A DNA stretch of 40,244 bases from an uncultured archaeon (GCA_964493715.1 CAZBPC010000023.1:1-40244); one strand, 5' to 3'. Positions 1 to 9,658 are shown, counted from the stretch's first letter. Notes: generated from the sequence alone by a model not told the origin. A program made the numbers and translations.

Positions 1-2
1 TT

Positions 3-563
3 GTTAATGATGAAAGTTTAGATTATAGGTTACGAGAAAAAATTTTAGATGTTGTGGATATAGGTTACGGAGGAATTGAAGGGTTAAGAGCACTTATTGA
101 AAAAATAAATACACAGATTGAAAATGTGAAATATGTCAGAGAACAAAATATATGGCAAAATTTTATGAAACATATCACTACTGATACGGGAATGGCTGTA
201 TATGGGCAAGATGAAGTTGAGCGAGCTTTAAAGTTAGGTGCAGTAGACGTATTAATAATGTCTGAACGATTAGAGTCATATAAAATTAAGAGAGAGTGCT
301 CAAATTGTCAATATAATGAGATTATAACATCAAATCAAATAAATATTGATGAAACAAATGAAGAATTAGAAATTTGTCCAAATTGCAATTCAAACTCATT
401 TAAAACTACAGAGTATTACTCGATCATTGAATATATGGGGGATATCGCAGAATCTTTAGGAAGCAATGTTGAGATTTTGTCTGGTGAAACTGAAGGAGGG
501 GAAACACTTAGAAGCACATTTGGAGGAATTGTAGCTATTCTTAGATATAAAATTGATTATTAA
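3..563 (+). CDS. prf1: Peptide chain release factor aRF1, C-terminal part (5' end lies outside the window)
   Basis: Frame is open from base 3 (VNDESLDYRLREKILDVVDIGYGG). It contains YGQDEV..AL..GAVDVL, a CxxC...CxxC insertion and the C-terminal FGGIVAILRY typical of eRF1/aRF1. Confidence 0.9.
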   Translation, partial: VNDESLDYRLREKILDVVDIGYGGIEGLRALIEKINTQIENVKYVREQNIWQNFMKHITTDTGMAVYGQDEVERALKLGAVDVLIMSERLESYKIKRECSNCQYNEIITSNQINIDETNEELEICPNCNSNSFKTTEYYSIIEYMGDIAESLGSNVEILSGETEGGETLRSTFGGIVAILRYKIDY

Positions 564-573
564 TTGATTTATA

Positions 574-1548
574 ATGTTGCTTAATGAAATATTACTTAAC
601 CTGAATATGGTATTATTTGGAGGAAAGGGAGGAGTGGGTAAAACGACGTGTGCTTCAAGCTCTGCAATTTGGGCATCAGAACAGGGCAGAAATACGCTTA
701 TAATAAGTACCGATCCTGCTCATTCCTTAGGCGATAGCTTAGGAGTAAGTTTACGACCAGGAATCCCGATTCCTGTTCCAGGAATACCAAATCTTACTGC
801 TTTAGAAATAAATCCTCAAGCTAATATAGCTGAATTTCAAGGAATTACAAATATAGACACAATTGAAGATATAGGAATATCTGGAATACCTTTTATAGAT
901 GATTTAACTGATTTATCATCAATGAACCCTCCAGGAATAGATGAAACCTTAGCATTATTAAAAGTTCTTGAATTTATCGAAACTGAACATGATTTTGATT
1001 TGATAATATTTGACACGGCACCTACTGGGCATACTCTTCGGTTTTTAAGTCTTCCAGGAACTTTATCAGGTTGGATTGGGAAAATGTTGAAGATGAAAAT
1101 GAAGCTTGGAAACATGTTTGGGGCTATTAAAAGCATGTTTGGTGGAGAATCTAAGAAAGAAGATCGATCTTTAGAAATATTGGAAAGATTGAATGAAGCT
1201 ATTCTCCGTGCTAAAGAGGATTTGACAGATCCGCTTAAAAGTTCTTTTGTGGTAGTTATGATTTCTGAAGAAATGGCGATATTAGAGACAGAACGGTTAT
1301 TAACAGAATTAGTAAAATACAATATTCCAAATTCCAATATTATTATCAATCAATTATATGAATCAACCAGTGAGTTATGTGAATTCTGTAAAGCTAGAAG
1401 GCGAATGCAACAAAAAAATCTAAAAAGAATCAATGAACTATTTTTAAAAAAATGGCATAAAAATTTAATAGAAGTACCTTTGTTCAAAGATGAAGTAAGG
1501 GAATATTTAAAATTGAAAAATCTTTCAACTTATTTATTTAAAAATTAA
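574..1548 (+). CDS. ArsA/Get3 (TRC40) family ATPase
   Basis: Deviant Walker A GGKGGVGKTT, STDPAHSLGD, FDTAPTGHTLRFL, Met-rich helix (KMLKMKMKLGNMFG), C-terminal CEFC. Confidence 0.9.
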   Translation: MLLNEILLNLNMVLFGGKGGVGKTTCASSSAIWASEQGRNTLIISTDPAHSLGDSLGVSLRPGIPIPVPGIPNLTALEINPQANIAEFQGITNIDTIEDIGISGIPFIDDLTDLSSMNPPGIDETLALLKVLEFIETEHDFDLIIFDTAPTGHTLRFLSLPGTLSGWIGKMLKMKMKLGNMFGAIKSMFGGESKKEDRSLEILERLNEAILRAKEDLTDPLKSSFVVVMISEEMAILETERLLTELVKYNIPNSNIIINQLYESTSELCEFCKARRRMQQKNLKRINELFLKKWHKNLIEVPLFKDEVREYLKLKNLSTYLFKN

Positions 1549-1555
1549 GCTGTTT

Positions 1556-2374
1556 TTATTGATTATCGTAGATTTTTATTAAATTTAATAATCCATTAAG
1601 CAAATTATATTCTATTTCTGGACTATAAGTCTTACAATCTTTTATAAAATTTTCAATATATATTTTCATTGTCGAACTATCTCCTTTTTTATATACCAGC
1701 TCTTTATTGATTCCCAAATTTTTTATTTTAAAGTATTCCTCAATTTCCTCTTTGGGAATTCTCATTAGTGGAGTGATTGTTTTAATATAATCATCTTGGT
1801 AATGTATCCTTTGAGAAAGATCTTTATTGAATATTAATTGATTTAAATAAATATTTGCTAAATTAGACAGATTATACCCTAATGCAAGGATATTTCCTCC
1901 TAAATCAGCAGATGCAATTTTTAAAAATTGCAACCATAATGGTTCATAATCAACGATCTCATTTGAATTTATAATAACTTGTTCAATTGAAAGTTCCTCA
2001 CATAATTCTCTTGTTATATGAATATTATTACCATCTTCAATTGATAAGGCAATAATTGGTTTAGATCTATACACTTTTTCTTGAATTTTCTTAAGATTAT
2101 AAAGAAGAATTATTGAATTTTTACTTCCTGATAATGCGACAATTACATTATCTTTTGGTTTTAACATATTATATTTTGCAACTGTTTTTGAGATAATATT
2201 TTCTATACTCAGTTTAAAACAATCTAAACAGAGAAATTGCCCAGAATGTCTTCTTTGTATTGTAGGAGATTTATTACATTTGATACATTTTTTTGATTCG
2301 ATATAATTCTCTGAGTTTCTGAAACTTATCACCAAGAAATATTTGAATTTAGAGCCAAAAAAGATTGAATCCAA
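1556..2374 (-). CDS. Degenerate TtuA/NcsA/Ctu1-family tRNA-thiolation protein (Ctu2-like); start uncertain (TTG 2374, TTG 2335 or GTG 2332)
   Basis: N-terminal CxxC..SGQFLCxxCF zinc finger, VIVALSGSKNS in place of SGGKDS, GYNLSN in place of GHNLDD, and PLMRIPKEEI. Confidence 0.75.
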   Translation of the reverse strand: MDSIFFGSKFKYFLVISFRNSENYIESKKCIKCNKSPTIQRRHSGQFLCLDCFKLSIENIISKTVAKYNMLKPKDNVIVALSGSKNSIILLYNLKKIQEKVYRSKPIIALSIEDGNNIHITRELCEELSIEQVIINSNEIVDYEPLWLQFLKIASADLGGNILALGYNLSNLANIYLNQLIFNKDLSQRIHYQDDYIKTITPLMRIPKEEIEEYFKIKNLGINKELVYKKGDSSTMKIYIENFIKDCKTYSPEIEYNLLNGLLNLIKIYDNQ

Positions 2375-4142
2375 ACTTTATAAAGGATAATGCGAAATTT
2401 GAAATTATTAATATCAACGCTGCAGTTCTTATTATATTTAGGGTAATCTGTTTAATTTTGTTTTTCTTATCATACCAATACTCATATGAGATTTCGAAAA
2501 CATCATTTTTTTTAATTGTAGTGGTTGTTGGAAGTTGAATTTTGACAGCGTCTTTAAATCCATCCCCGATCGAATCAATTAATTCATAATTTTCCTTACC
2601 CAGGATAATTTCACTTTCATTTTCTTTAATATTTCTATCTTTTATTAAAATTTTTACTTCATTAATTGTTTCAATACGATATTCTGATAATTTACAATCA
2701 TAATCATTATCTATTTTATATAAAAAACGGTCAAGTTTCTTTTTTTTCGAACTATATAAAGTACCAAAAATGCTATTTACAATCTCTTTCATGACTCTAT
2801 CACCATCAAAAATTGGAAGAGGCATCATATTAAATAATGTTAAACTAAATCCTATGATAAATAACCAAGAAATTTCTTTCAACCAAAAATCGGGCCAATT
2901 AGCCGATAAAAATTTAGCAAAATCGTTTTTGTACATCCAAAATAAGATAGTTTGTACTCCTACAAATACCCCCACTACTTCAGGTTCTATTAAATAGGGT
3001 TGATTTGTAGTACTAGTTAAATTAAGTGCTTTAAGGTCGAATTGGCTTAAATATTTCTCCAAAGTATTTCCAGAAGTGCGATTTATTGCCGTTCCATTTA
3101 TATAATTTATTAAAATATCAGTTTGTTGATCACTGGTATAATTATAAGTGATTTTTATTTCATAATCAGAAATATATTCATATTCAATGCCAAGATCGTA
3201 ACGGGGTCCTAATAAAATCTCCTTTTCGGAGGATAAATCAACAAAAGGGTTGTAAATTTTCATAGTTAAATTATCTCCTACAGAACATTTAATCCGTGTT
3301 TGATTGTCCAAGATAGAGGATAAGTCGATTCCTTGATAATTATCTAGATAGACATATTGAGAATCTAATTCTCCCTCTTTTTTGATCGCTACGATAGCAT
3401 CACCATAAACTAAAATTCCATCATTAAATCCACCTTCTTCAGGAGTCAATACGGTATAGACTTGAGAAACTTGAGAAAACCAAGGTGAAATTAGAATTGG
3501 AAATATGAGCAAGAGTATGAGTGCTATGCCTGCAACGATTGAATTGATATATGTTCCAGCCGCAGCGATTCGCAATCGGGTATTTCGATGATACTTTGAG
3601 GATCTTAACGATCGTTCATCAACTTCCACGAAAGCTCCGAATCCTATTAAATAAAAAAGGCCAACACCTAAGAGTCCAGTTGATTTTATTTCAACACCGT
3701 CAATTGACGCTGAAATTCCATGGGCGAATTCATGTGTGGTTAAAATTAACAAAAGGGGTAATATCATATAAAAAAAGACCGGAAGATCAATCGTTACGCC
3801 AGGGATAAGTGGGATAATAGCATTTTCGATACTTGGAGCGAATATTAGATTAACTACGTTACTGAAAAAGAAATAAAAACCATAAATTGTAAAACCAAAG
3901 GATACAAAAATCCCAATGTTCCAAAAAATCCTCCAAAATTTGGGTTTTCTTCTGGATAGATTAACGATAAATTTGTTTAATTTTTTAGTTTTAAAAAGAG
4001 CGAGAAAGGGGAAAAAGACACTATAAGCTTCTTTCTTATTTCTGAGTAAAAATATTAAAATTAAGATAAAAATCCAAAAAGCCAAAGAAATTAAGAACCA
4101 TGGATTTAAGATGAAATCTGCGAGAAAATTAAATAATAACAT
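2349..4142 (-). CDS. Site-2 protease (M50 intramembrane zinc metalloprotease)
   Basis: HEFAHG, GAFVE, RIAAAG..N and FNMMPLPIFDG motifs, several TM helices, a PDZ-like soluble insert. Confidence 0.9.
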   Translation of the reverse strand: MLLFNFLADFILNPWFLISLAFWIFILILIFLLRNKKEAYSVFFPFLALFKTKKLNKFIVNLSRRKPKFWRIFWNIGIFVSFGFTIYGFYFFFSNVVNLIFAPSIENAIIPLIPGVTIDLPVFFYMILPLLLILTTHEFAHGISASIDGVEIKSTGLLGVGLFYLIGFGAFVEVDERSLRSSKYHRNTRLRIAAAGTYINSIVAGIALILLLIFPILISPWFSQVSQVYTVLTPEEGGFNDGILVYGDAIVAIKKEGELDSQYVYLDNYQGIDLSSILDNQTRIKCSVGDNLTMKIYNPFVDLSSEKEILLGPRYDLGIEYEYISDYEIKITYNYTSDQQTDILINYINGTAINRTSGNTLEKYLSQFDLKALNLTSTTNQPYLIEPEVVGVFVGVQTILFWMYKNDFAKFLSANWPDFWLKEISWLFIIGFSLTLFNMMPLPIFDGDRVMKEIVNSIFGTLYSSKKKKLDRFLYKIDNDYDCKLSEYRIETINEVKILIKDRNIKENESEIILGKENYELIDSIGDGFKDAVKIQLPTTTTIKKNDVFEISYEYWYDKKNKIKQITLNIIRTAALILIISNFALSFIKFGFNLFWL

Positions 4143-4211
4143 GGAAAAGGATATATTTATTCTATAATATCAAGGTAAATTAAATAATAAAATTAAGTTT
4201 ATTCTTTTAAT

Positions 4212-4910
4212 CTATACATCATTTACTTTTTTTAAGATCCAATTTTCAACTAAGAAAGATTGTAAAAGCATTGGTTTTGGATCATATTGAGAATGAATAC
4301 AAGATTTAGGAATCCAAGCTTTTTGACCCTCACTGATTTCAAGTAATATTGCTTTATTTGTCTCTCCTGTTATTTTCCCGTTAATTTCTGTCATTGAATT
4401 TGAAATAGTCTCCTCGAGAGAAACTTGTTGTGATATATCTCTTAATTCTTCAACATATTCTTCTTCAATTCCTTCCTTTACAGCATTAGGTTTTTGGGAA
4501 GGTTTATATGATGTAGCATAAATAATCTTTTCATTTAATAGATGGGTCAATAATAAAGCTAGAATATCGATTTGACCAGAATTAAGCATTTTTGAATAAT
4601 CTCCAATATTTATCCATAGAGCTTCTGCATTTTCATCTTCCCAACATATGGATAATTTAGTAATTGCAGCATCAAACTTATGATTTCCTTGCCAATTGAA
4701 TTTTCTCCTATTTAGGACTTGTAGAATAATAGCAATCTCTTCTAGAGAGCATTTTATTGTTTTTCCTTCATTAGAGGATAATTTTTCCCATATCCCATTT
4801 GGTTTTTTTTTAATACATTGAATATAGATATAAGGCTCGGATTTTGAAGAACTACGAATAATTAATCCAATATTTTGTCCAAAAAAACCCTTTGAATGAG
4901 AATCTGCCAT
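4212..4910 (-). CDS. Hypothetical protein (possible PC4/Whirly-like fold plus small C-terminal WIPKS domain)
   Basis: 232-aa ORF with ATG start. The fold suggestion comes from the beta/alpha pattern only. Confidence 0.7.
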   Translation of the reverse strand: MADSHSKGFFGQNIGLIIRSSSKSEPYIYIQCIKKKPNGIWEKLSSNEGKTIKCSLEEIAIILQVLNRRKFNWQGNHKFDAAITKLSICWEDENAEALWINIGDYSKMLNSGQIDILALLLTHLLNEKIIYATSYKPSQKPNAVKEGIEEEYVEELRDISQQVSLEETISNSMTEINGKITGETNKAILLEISEGQKAWIPKSCIHSQYDPKPMLLQSFLVENWILKKVNDV

Positions 4911-5061
4911 AATAGATTTTCTAAATTAATCATTTTAATATTTTAATATAAAAAAAAAAATTAAAAAATAGCACTAAATAATTAAAAAATGGTAAAAAAT
5001 TAAAATAGAGAGAATATTAAAGATATATATAAAATTTAAAATTTTCATAGGAATTAATTAG

Positions 5062-5200
5062 AGCGGGGTGGGCTAGCCTGGTTTATGCCGCAGGGCTCAT
5101 AAACGGAATAAATAGCCTTCCTTTAAGAAACCCTGAGATCGTTCGTTCAAACGCTTAAAATATGCTGTTATCCAGCGAGCTGAAAATCGAACCCCCGCTA
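5062..5200 (+). tRNA. Initiator tRNA-Met(CAT) with two introns (37/38: 5102-5129; 59/60: 5152-5186)
   Basis: Acceptor stem AGCGGGG/CCCCGCT with A1:U72. Anticodon stem CAGGG/CCCTG with three G-C pairs. T arm GTTCG-TTCAAA^T-CGAAC with a clean BHB (TTCA/TGAA helix). Confidence 0.93.
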
Positions 5201-5294
5201 CTTATCTTTTTTATTTATCAAATAACATAAAATACTAAATGAATACTTTTCTTATTCATACTAATCTTATTTAAGTATACGAAGAATAATAACT

Positions 5295-6032
5295 ATGACT
5301 GAAACAAGCCAATATTTAAGATTTCCTGCTATTAGATGCTGGATTAAACATTTATTAGATGCTTATTACGACGAAATTGGAAATGTATTCTATACTATTT
5401 TCGGAAAAGTAAAACGTGTTCGTCTTATTGCCACAATTAGAGACAAGTATGAATTTCCAAGTTTCGATAGTGAAACAACCGCGAATATTAATTTAGAATT
5501 AGATGATGGAACAGGATTGATACGAGCTTCTAAATGGAAAGTAGAGCCTGAAGAAATCGCGAGATATGAAATAGGAAATATTGCATATTTTATCGGTGTC
5601 TTACAATCTCGAGAAGGAGTGCCTTCTCTCAGAATTGAAATCATTAAGAGAATAATTGATCCAAATGAATTTTTGCTGCATGATGCTAACATAATTAAGA
5701 AAATAAAGTCAGGTGAAGTTGTAGAAATCCCCAAATTGGATCAAGAATTAAATGAAATTGATAGTAAATTGAGCGAATATTATGATAATTCAATTATCTC
5801 TCCAAGTTTCTCTCAACAGGATCCTGATAATAATAAAACAGAGGATTCGATAAAAGAAATGATATTTTCTATTATTGAAGAAAACACTCATAATAGAAAG
5901 AATACTCATCTAAATGAATTAAAGATAAAAATACAAATAACTGAAAATAAATTAAAACGTTATATTAGAGATTTGGAGCAGGCCTCTAAGATTTATATGT
6001 CTGACGAAAATGTATATCAAAGTTATGAATAA
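5295..6032 (+). CDS. RPA2 (RPA32)-like OB-fold protein with C-terminal winged helix
   Basis: VKRVRLIATI...LELDDGTGLIRA OB signature, acidic linker, C-terminal HTH/wing (LNELK...LKRYIRDLEQASKIYMSDENVY). Confidence 0.7.
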   Translation: MTETSQYLRFPAIRCWIKHLLDAYYDEIGNVFYTIFGKVKRVRLIATIRDKYEFPSFDSETTANINLELDDGTGLIRASKWKVEPEEIARYEIGNIAYFIGVLQSREGVPSLRIEIIKRIIDPNEFLLHDANIIKKIKSGEVVEIPKLDQELNEIDSKLSEYYDNSIISPSFSQQDPDNNKTEDSIKEMIFSIIEENTHNRKNTHLNELKIKIQITENKLKRYIRDLEQASKIYMSDENVYQSYE

Positions 6033-6082
6033 AATAGAAAAATTATTTTTGAAGGAATGATTAAATTACATAAAAAAAATAT

Positions 6083-6505
6083 TTGAGAACAATGGATTTA
6101 AACGATTATGAGAAACTTTTGGATGGAGCATATGAAAAAATTCCAGAAAATGTAAAAAAATCTTCACGATTCGAAATTCCTAAAGTAGAACTGAGAATAG
6201 AATCACGAAATACTTATATTACTAATTTAAACAAAATTATTAATACATTAAATAGAGATAGAAGACATTTTTTAGGAATTTTCCTTAAAAAAGCAGGTAC
6301 TATGGGAGAGATCCGTGGACAACAATTATTTATGAAGGGAATACATAAAGAAAATGCACTAAACCGCTTAATAGACCAATATACTAAGACTTATGTTTTA
6401 TGTAAAATATGTAATAAACCAGATACCGAAATCCAACGTGAAAGCAAAAAAATATTTCTAAAATGTACAGCGTGTGGTGCAAGGGAAGAAATAAAAGAGA
6501 AGTAG
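6083..6505 (+). CDS. eif2b: Translation initiation factor aIF2 beta (ATG at 6092 is the likely start)
   Basis: YEKLLDGAY, RFEIPK, C-terminal YVLCKICNKPDT...CTACGA zinc ribbon. Confidence 0.95.
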   Translation: MRTMDLNDYEKLLDGAYEKIPENVKKSSRFEIPKVELRIESRNTYITNLNKIINTLNRDRRHFLGIFLKKAGTMGEIRGQQLFMKGIHKENALNRLIDQYTKTYVLCKICNKPDTEIQRESKKIFLKCTACGAREEIKEK

Positions 6506-6527
6506 TTTTAGGATTTAGTAGACGAAA

Positions 6528-6824
6528 ATGAGAGTATATTTAAAGATACACTATAAAAATGAAATTGAGATTGTAGCTTGTTGTGATGAATCAATTCTTA
6601 GAAAGGTGTTTAAGGAGGGAAATTTAAGAATTGAGATTACAGAACAATTTTTTAATGGTTCATTATTGAATATCGATGATGCAATTGAAATTTTGATGAA
6701 TGCATCATATTTTAATATCGTAGGGGAAAATATTGTTGAAAAATCAATTTCCCATAACATAATTCCACAAGAAGGAGTACGTATTATAAATGGTGTACCA
6801 ATGGCTATGAAGATGGTTTTCTAA
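6528..6824 (+). CDS. DUF424 family protein
   Basis: IVACCDE, NIVGENIV, I..VP motifs and its conserved position between aIF2beta and NMD3. Confidence 0.85.
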   Translation: MRVYLKIHYKNEIEIVACCDESILRKVFKEGNLRIEITEQFFNGSLLNIDDAIEILMNASYFNIVGENIVEKSISHNIIPQEGVRIINGVPMAMKMVF

Positions 6825-7747
6825 TGCCTCGTAAATTTTGTGCTATCTGTGGTAAGGATATTAATGATAATGCACCTCATTTTGGGATGTGTTTTGAATG
6901 CTATTTAAATGAACATCCTTTATTTAAATTAGATAAATCTTTCCATATTAAAGTGTGTCTTGATTGCGGAAGGTACTCGAAAAAAGAAAATTGGTTTAAT
7001 AGCACCTCTGAAGAGATTAATGAAGTGATTATTGATGCTTTAGATAGGTTTCTATTAAAATCAGTTAATAGTAGTGAAAATATCGAATTTAAAATTATAT
7101 TAAATGAGAATTCCTTTAATTACTCTTCAAAAGATTTGTTGGTATCTCTAGATGCTAAAATCATAGGGTGGCTAAAAGAAAATCAAAGCATATTTCATGA
7201 GGAAGTTGTTGCAGTAAGAATTGATTATGAATTATGTAAGAATTGTACTAACTTGAGAGGGGGGATGTATTTTTTATCAATTTTGCAAATCAGAGTTTCT
7301 AATCCCATCTATTTTAATATTATTGATGCCATGGTCAATGAAACCTATACATATGTAGAAAATATATTTCAGATTGATGATCGTCAATACATATCCAAGT
7401 TAGTTGAACATAAGAATGGGGTTGACTTATTACTTAGTACTAATGAATTGATGAATCATATTGTTTCATATCTTAAATCTAAGTATTATTTTGAACTAAA
7501 AAGAACAAAAAAGTTAGTTGGAAGAGATGCACAAAAAGGAAGAAATTTGTACAGGTTAAAGACACTTATTCGACTTTTACCTTTTAAGAAAAATGATAAA
7601 ATTATGATTAATGATGAACTTTTTCATATTGAGAGCATTTCTAGAAACCACGTTATTATTCGAGATCATTTAGATAATAAATTGATAAAAAAATATTCAT
7701 ATTTCTTCAATGATAAAATCAAGATCAGATTCCGAGATGACAATTAA
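6824..7747 (+). CDS. nmd3: NMD3 large-subunit biogenesis factor
   Basis: Four CxxC pairs (FCAICG, CFEC, CLDCG, CKNC), YFLSILQIR, GVDL, KLVGRD...YR. Confidence 0.9.
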   Translation: MPRKFCAICGKDINDNAPHFGMCFECYLNEHPLFKLDKSFHIKVCLDCGRYSKKENWFNSTSEEINEVIIDALDRFLLKSVNSSENIEFKIILNENSFNYSSKDLLVSLDAKIIGWLKENQSIFHEEVVAVRIDYELCKNCTNLRGGMYFLSILQIRVSNPIYFNIIDAMVNETYTYVENIFQIDDRQYISKLVEHKNGVDLLLSTNELMNHIVSYLKSKYYFELKRTKKLVGRDAQKGRNLYRLKTLIRLLPFKKNDKIMINDELFHIESISRNHVIIRDHLDNKLIKKYSYFFNDKIKIRFRDDN

Positions 7748-7750
7748 AAT

Positions 7751-8587
7751 TTGAAGGACTATAAAGAAGATTTCCTTGAAAAAGATGAATTTGAAGATGG
7801 TAATTTAGAGAATAATTATGATAGTGATATCGATAATTTAGAAAAAAGAACCCTGGATTCAAATCGAATTAGAATGATTGATCAATCAAAGAAAAAAGCA
7901 GTTATAGATTCGGTATTGGATGAACGAACTCACGAAATATTGCGTAAACTCTTAGTTAATGGCCCTTTGGAGCACATAACGGGAATAATTTCTGCAGGAA
8001 AAGAAGCACATGTTTATCTTGCATATGATCAAAATCATAAAGAGGTTGCAGTGAAAATCTACAAAATCGATGTTAATACTTCTAAATGGATGAGAAATTA
8101 TATTATTGGAGATCCACGATTTAAAAAAGTTCCTCATAATATTTCTAAAATAATATTCTTATGGGCAAGTAAAGAATACAAAAATTTAAAACGAGCGCAT
8201 AGAGCGGGTTTAGCGGTTCCTAAACCTATTCTAATTAAGAATAATGTATTAATTATGGAATATATAGGTTTTGGATCTATTCCAGCTCCAAAGCTAAAGG
8301 ATATAAAAAACCCGATGGAAGTTGACATATTATTTGATAAAATTCTTACATTCATAAAAGAATTATATCAAAAAGCAAGATTAGTTCATGGGGATTTATC
8401 TGAATTTAATATACTATACCACAATCAGAAACCAATAATTATTGATATCTCTCAAGCTGTAGACATTCAACATCCTAAAGCAGAGATCTATTTAGTAAGA
8501 GATATCAAGAACATTTTCAATTATTTTGGTAAGAAAGGAATAAAGCTTCCTGATCCAAAATCGTTTTATTATGAAGTAATAGATTAA
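7751..8587 (+). CDS. rio1: Rio1 serine/threonine kinase (TTG start)
   Basis: ISAGKEAHVY, AVKIYK, YIIGDPRF, WASKEYKNL, LVHGDLSEFNIL, IIDISQAV. Confidence 0.95.
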   Translation: MKDYKEDFLEKDEFEDGNLENNYDSDIDNLEKRTLDSNRIRMIDQSKKKAVIDSVLDERTHEILRKLLVNGPLEHITGIISAGKEAHVYLAYDQNHKEVAVKIYKIDVNTSKWMRNYIIGDPRFKKVPHNISKIIFLWASKEYKNLKRAHRAGLAVPKPILIKNNVLIMEYIGFGSIPAPKLKDIKNPMEVDILFDKILTFIKELYQKARLVHGDLSEFNILYHNQKPIIIDISQAVDIQHPKAEIYLVRDIKNIFNYFGKKGIKLPDPKSFYYEVID

Positions 8588-8639
8588 TAAAATTAATTAG
8601 ATTCATATGTATATATTAAAAACATAAAAAATTAAAAAG

Positions 8640-9197
8640 ATGAAAATAGGAAAAAGTCGAATTGCAGTTATTATCGGGAAAAACGGTGAAACGAAAAGCT
8701 TAATAGAAGATGCATTAGGGGTAAATATAATTCTAGACAGTATATCGGGTCATTGTGAAATTAAAGCTAATGATGAAGCTCCTAATTACAATCCAATGAA
8801 TATATTCATTGCAGAAAAAATTCTTAATGCGATTAATAGGGGTTTTAATCCCACTAAAGCAATGAAATTGGTTGAAGAAACATATGAACTGGAGATATTT
8901 AATCTCCAAAATATTTTAGGAAGATCTGAAAAAAAGATTAAACGCATGAAAGGAAGGATTATTGGAAGAAATGGTGAAATGAGACAAGCTATAGAAAGGT
9001 ATGCAAATTGTTACTTGTCTGTTCTTGGAAAAACAATATCTATTATTGCTGATTACGATAGCTTACAAATTGCGAGAAAATCAGTAAGTATGTTATTAAA
9101 TGGTATACCTCATCATACAGTATTAAAATTTTTAGAAACAAGATATAATGAGAAAAAAAAAGAAGAATTTCGCCAATTTTATAAGCCTGAGTTTTAA
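8640..9197 (+). CDS. Dim2/Pno1 KH-domain ribosome biogenesis protein
   Basis: Two KH GxxG loops (IIGKNGE, IIGRNGE), AINRGF, G.PH..V; lies directly downstream of rio1. Confidence 0.92.
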   Translation: MKIGKSRIAVIIGKNGETKSLIEDALGVNIILDSISGHCEIKANDEAPNYNPMNIFIAEKILNAINRGFNPTKAMKLVEETYELEIFNLQNILGRSEKKIKRMKGRIIGRNGEMRQAIERYANCYLSVLGKTISIIADYDSLQIARKSVSMLLNGIPHHTVLKFLETRYNEKKKEEFRQFYKPEF

Positions 9198-9233
9198 TAT
9201 TTGTTCATTGGGATGAATTCTCCCCATTTTAAT

Positions 9234-9614
9234 TTAACGCTTCTCGTTGATATTTTTTTTATCATATAATTCTGTAGAAATCGAAGAAATTATGTCTTTT
9301 CCGTAGATTATTTCTTTTAATTCTATAAATAAGTTCTGGAAACCATAGATAAGGTCTCTAGAATAAATTTCAGAATGAATTTCATTTGCTTTTGCATCAT
9401 AAGATACTTCAAAACTTTTAATTGAAAAATGATTGCAGTCATATGGTCTAAAAATTACAATTAAACGAGGATAGATGGTCTTCTCCATTAGATATGCTGC
9501 CCATCCTTCAACATAGAAATTAATATTAACCGAAAATAAGTCTTTCCATATTCTAAGTTTTTTCATCAATTTATTTACTTGAATTTGGGTATTATACTCA
9601 TTTTTTTTTTCCAT
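9234..9614 (-). CDS. Hypothetical protein
   Basis: 126-aa ATG ORF downstream of and co-oriented with ftsZ; no motif recognised. Confidence 0.65.
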   Translation of the reverse strand: MEKKNEYNTQIQVNKLMKKLRIWKDLFSVNINFYVEGWAAYLMEKTIYPRLIVIFRPYDCNHFSIKSFEVSYDAKANEIHSEIYSRDLIYGFQNLFIELKEIIYGKDIISSISTELYDKKNINEKR

Positions 9615-9658
9615 AGAATCATTTTTTTAATTAGGTTTAAAAAGTTGCTGTAAAAAAT

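Noticed and set aside
54-563. Pelota as an alternative identity, and GTG 54 as the start
   Set aside because: The LDYRL...VDIGYGG segment and zinc-ribbon insert fit aRF1, and the frame is open to the window edge, so the gene is 5'-truncated.
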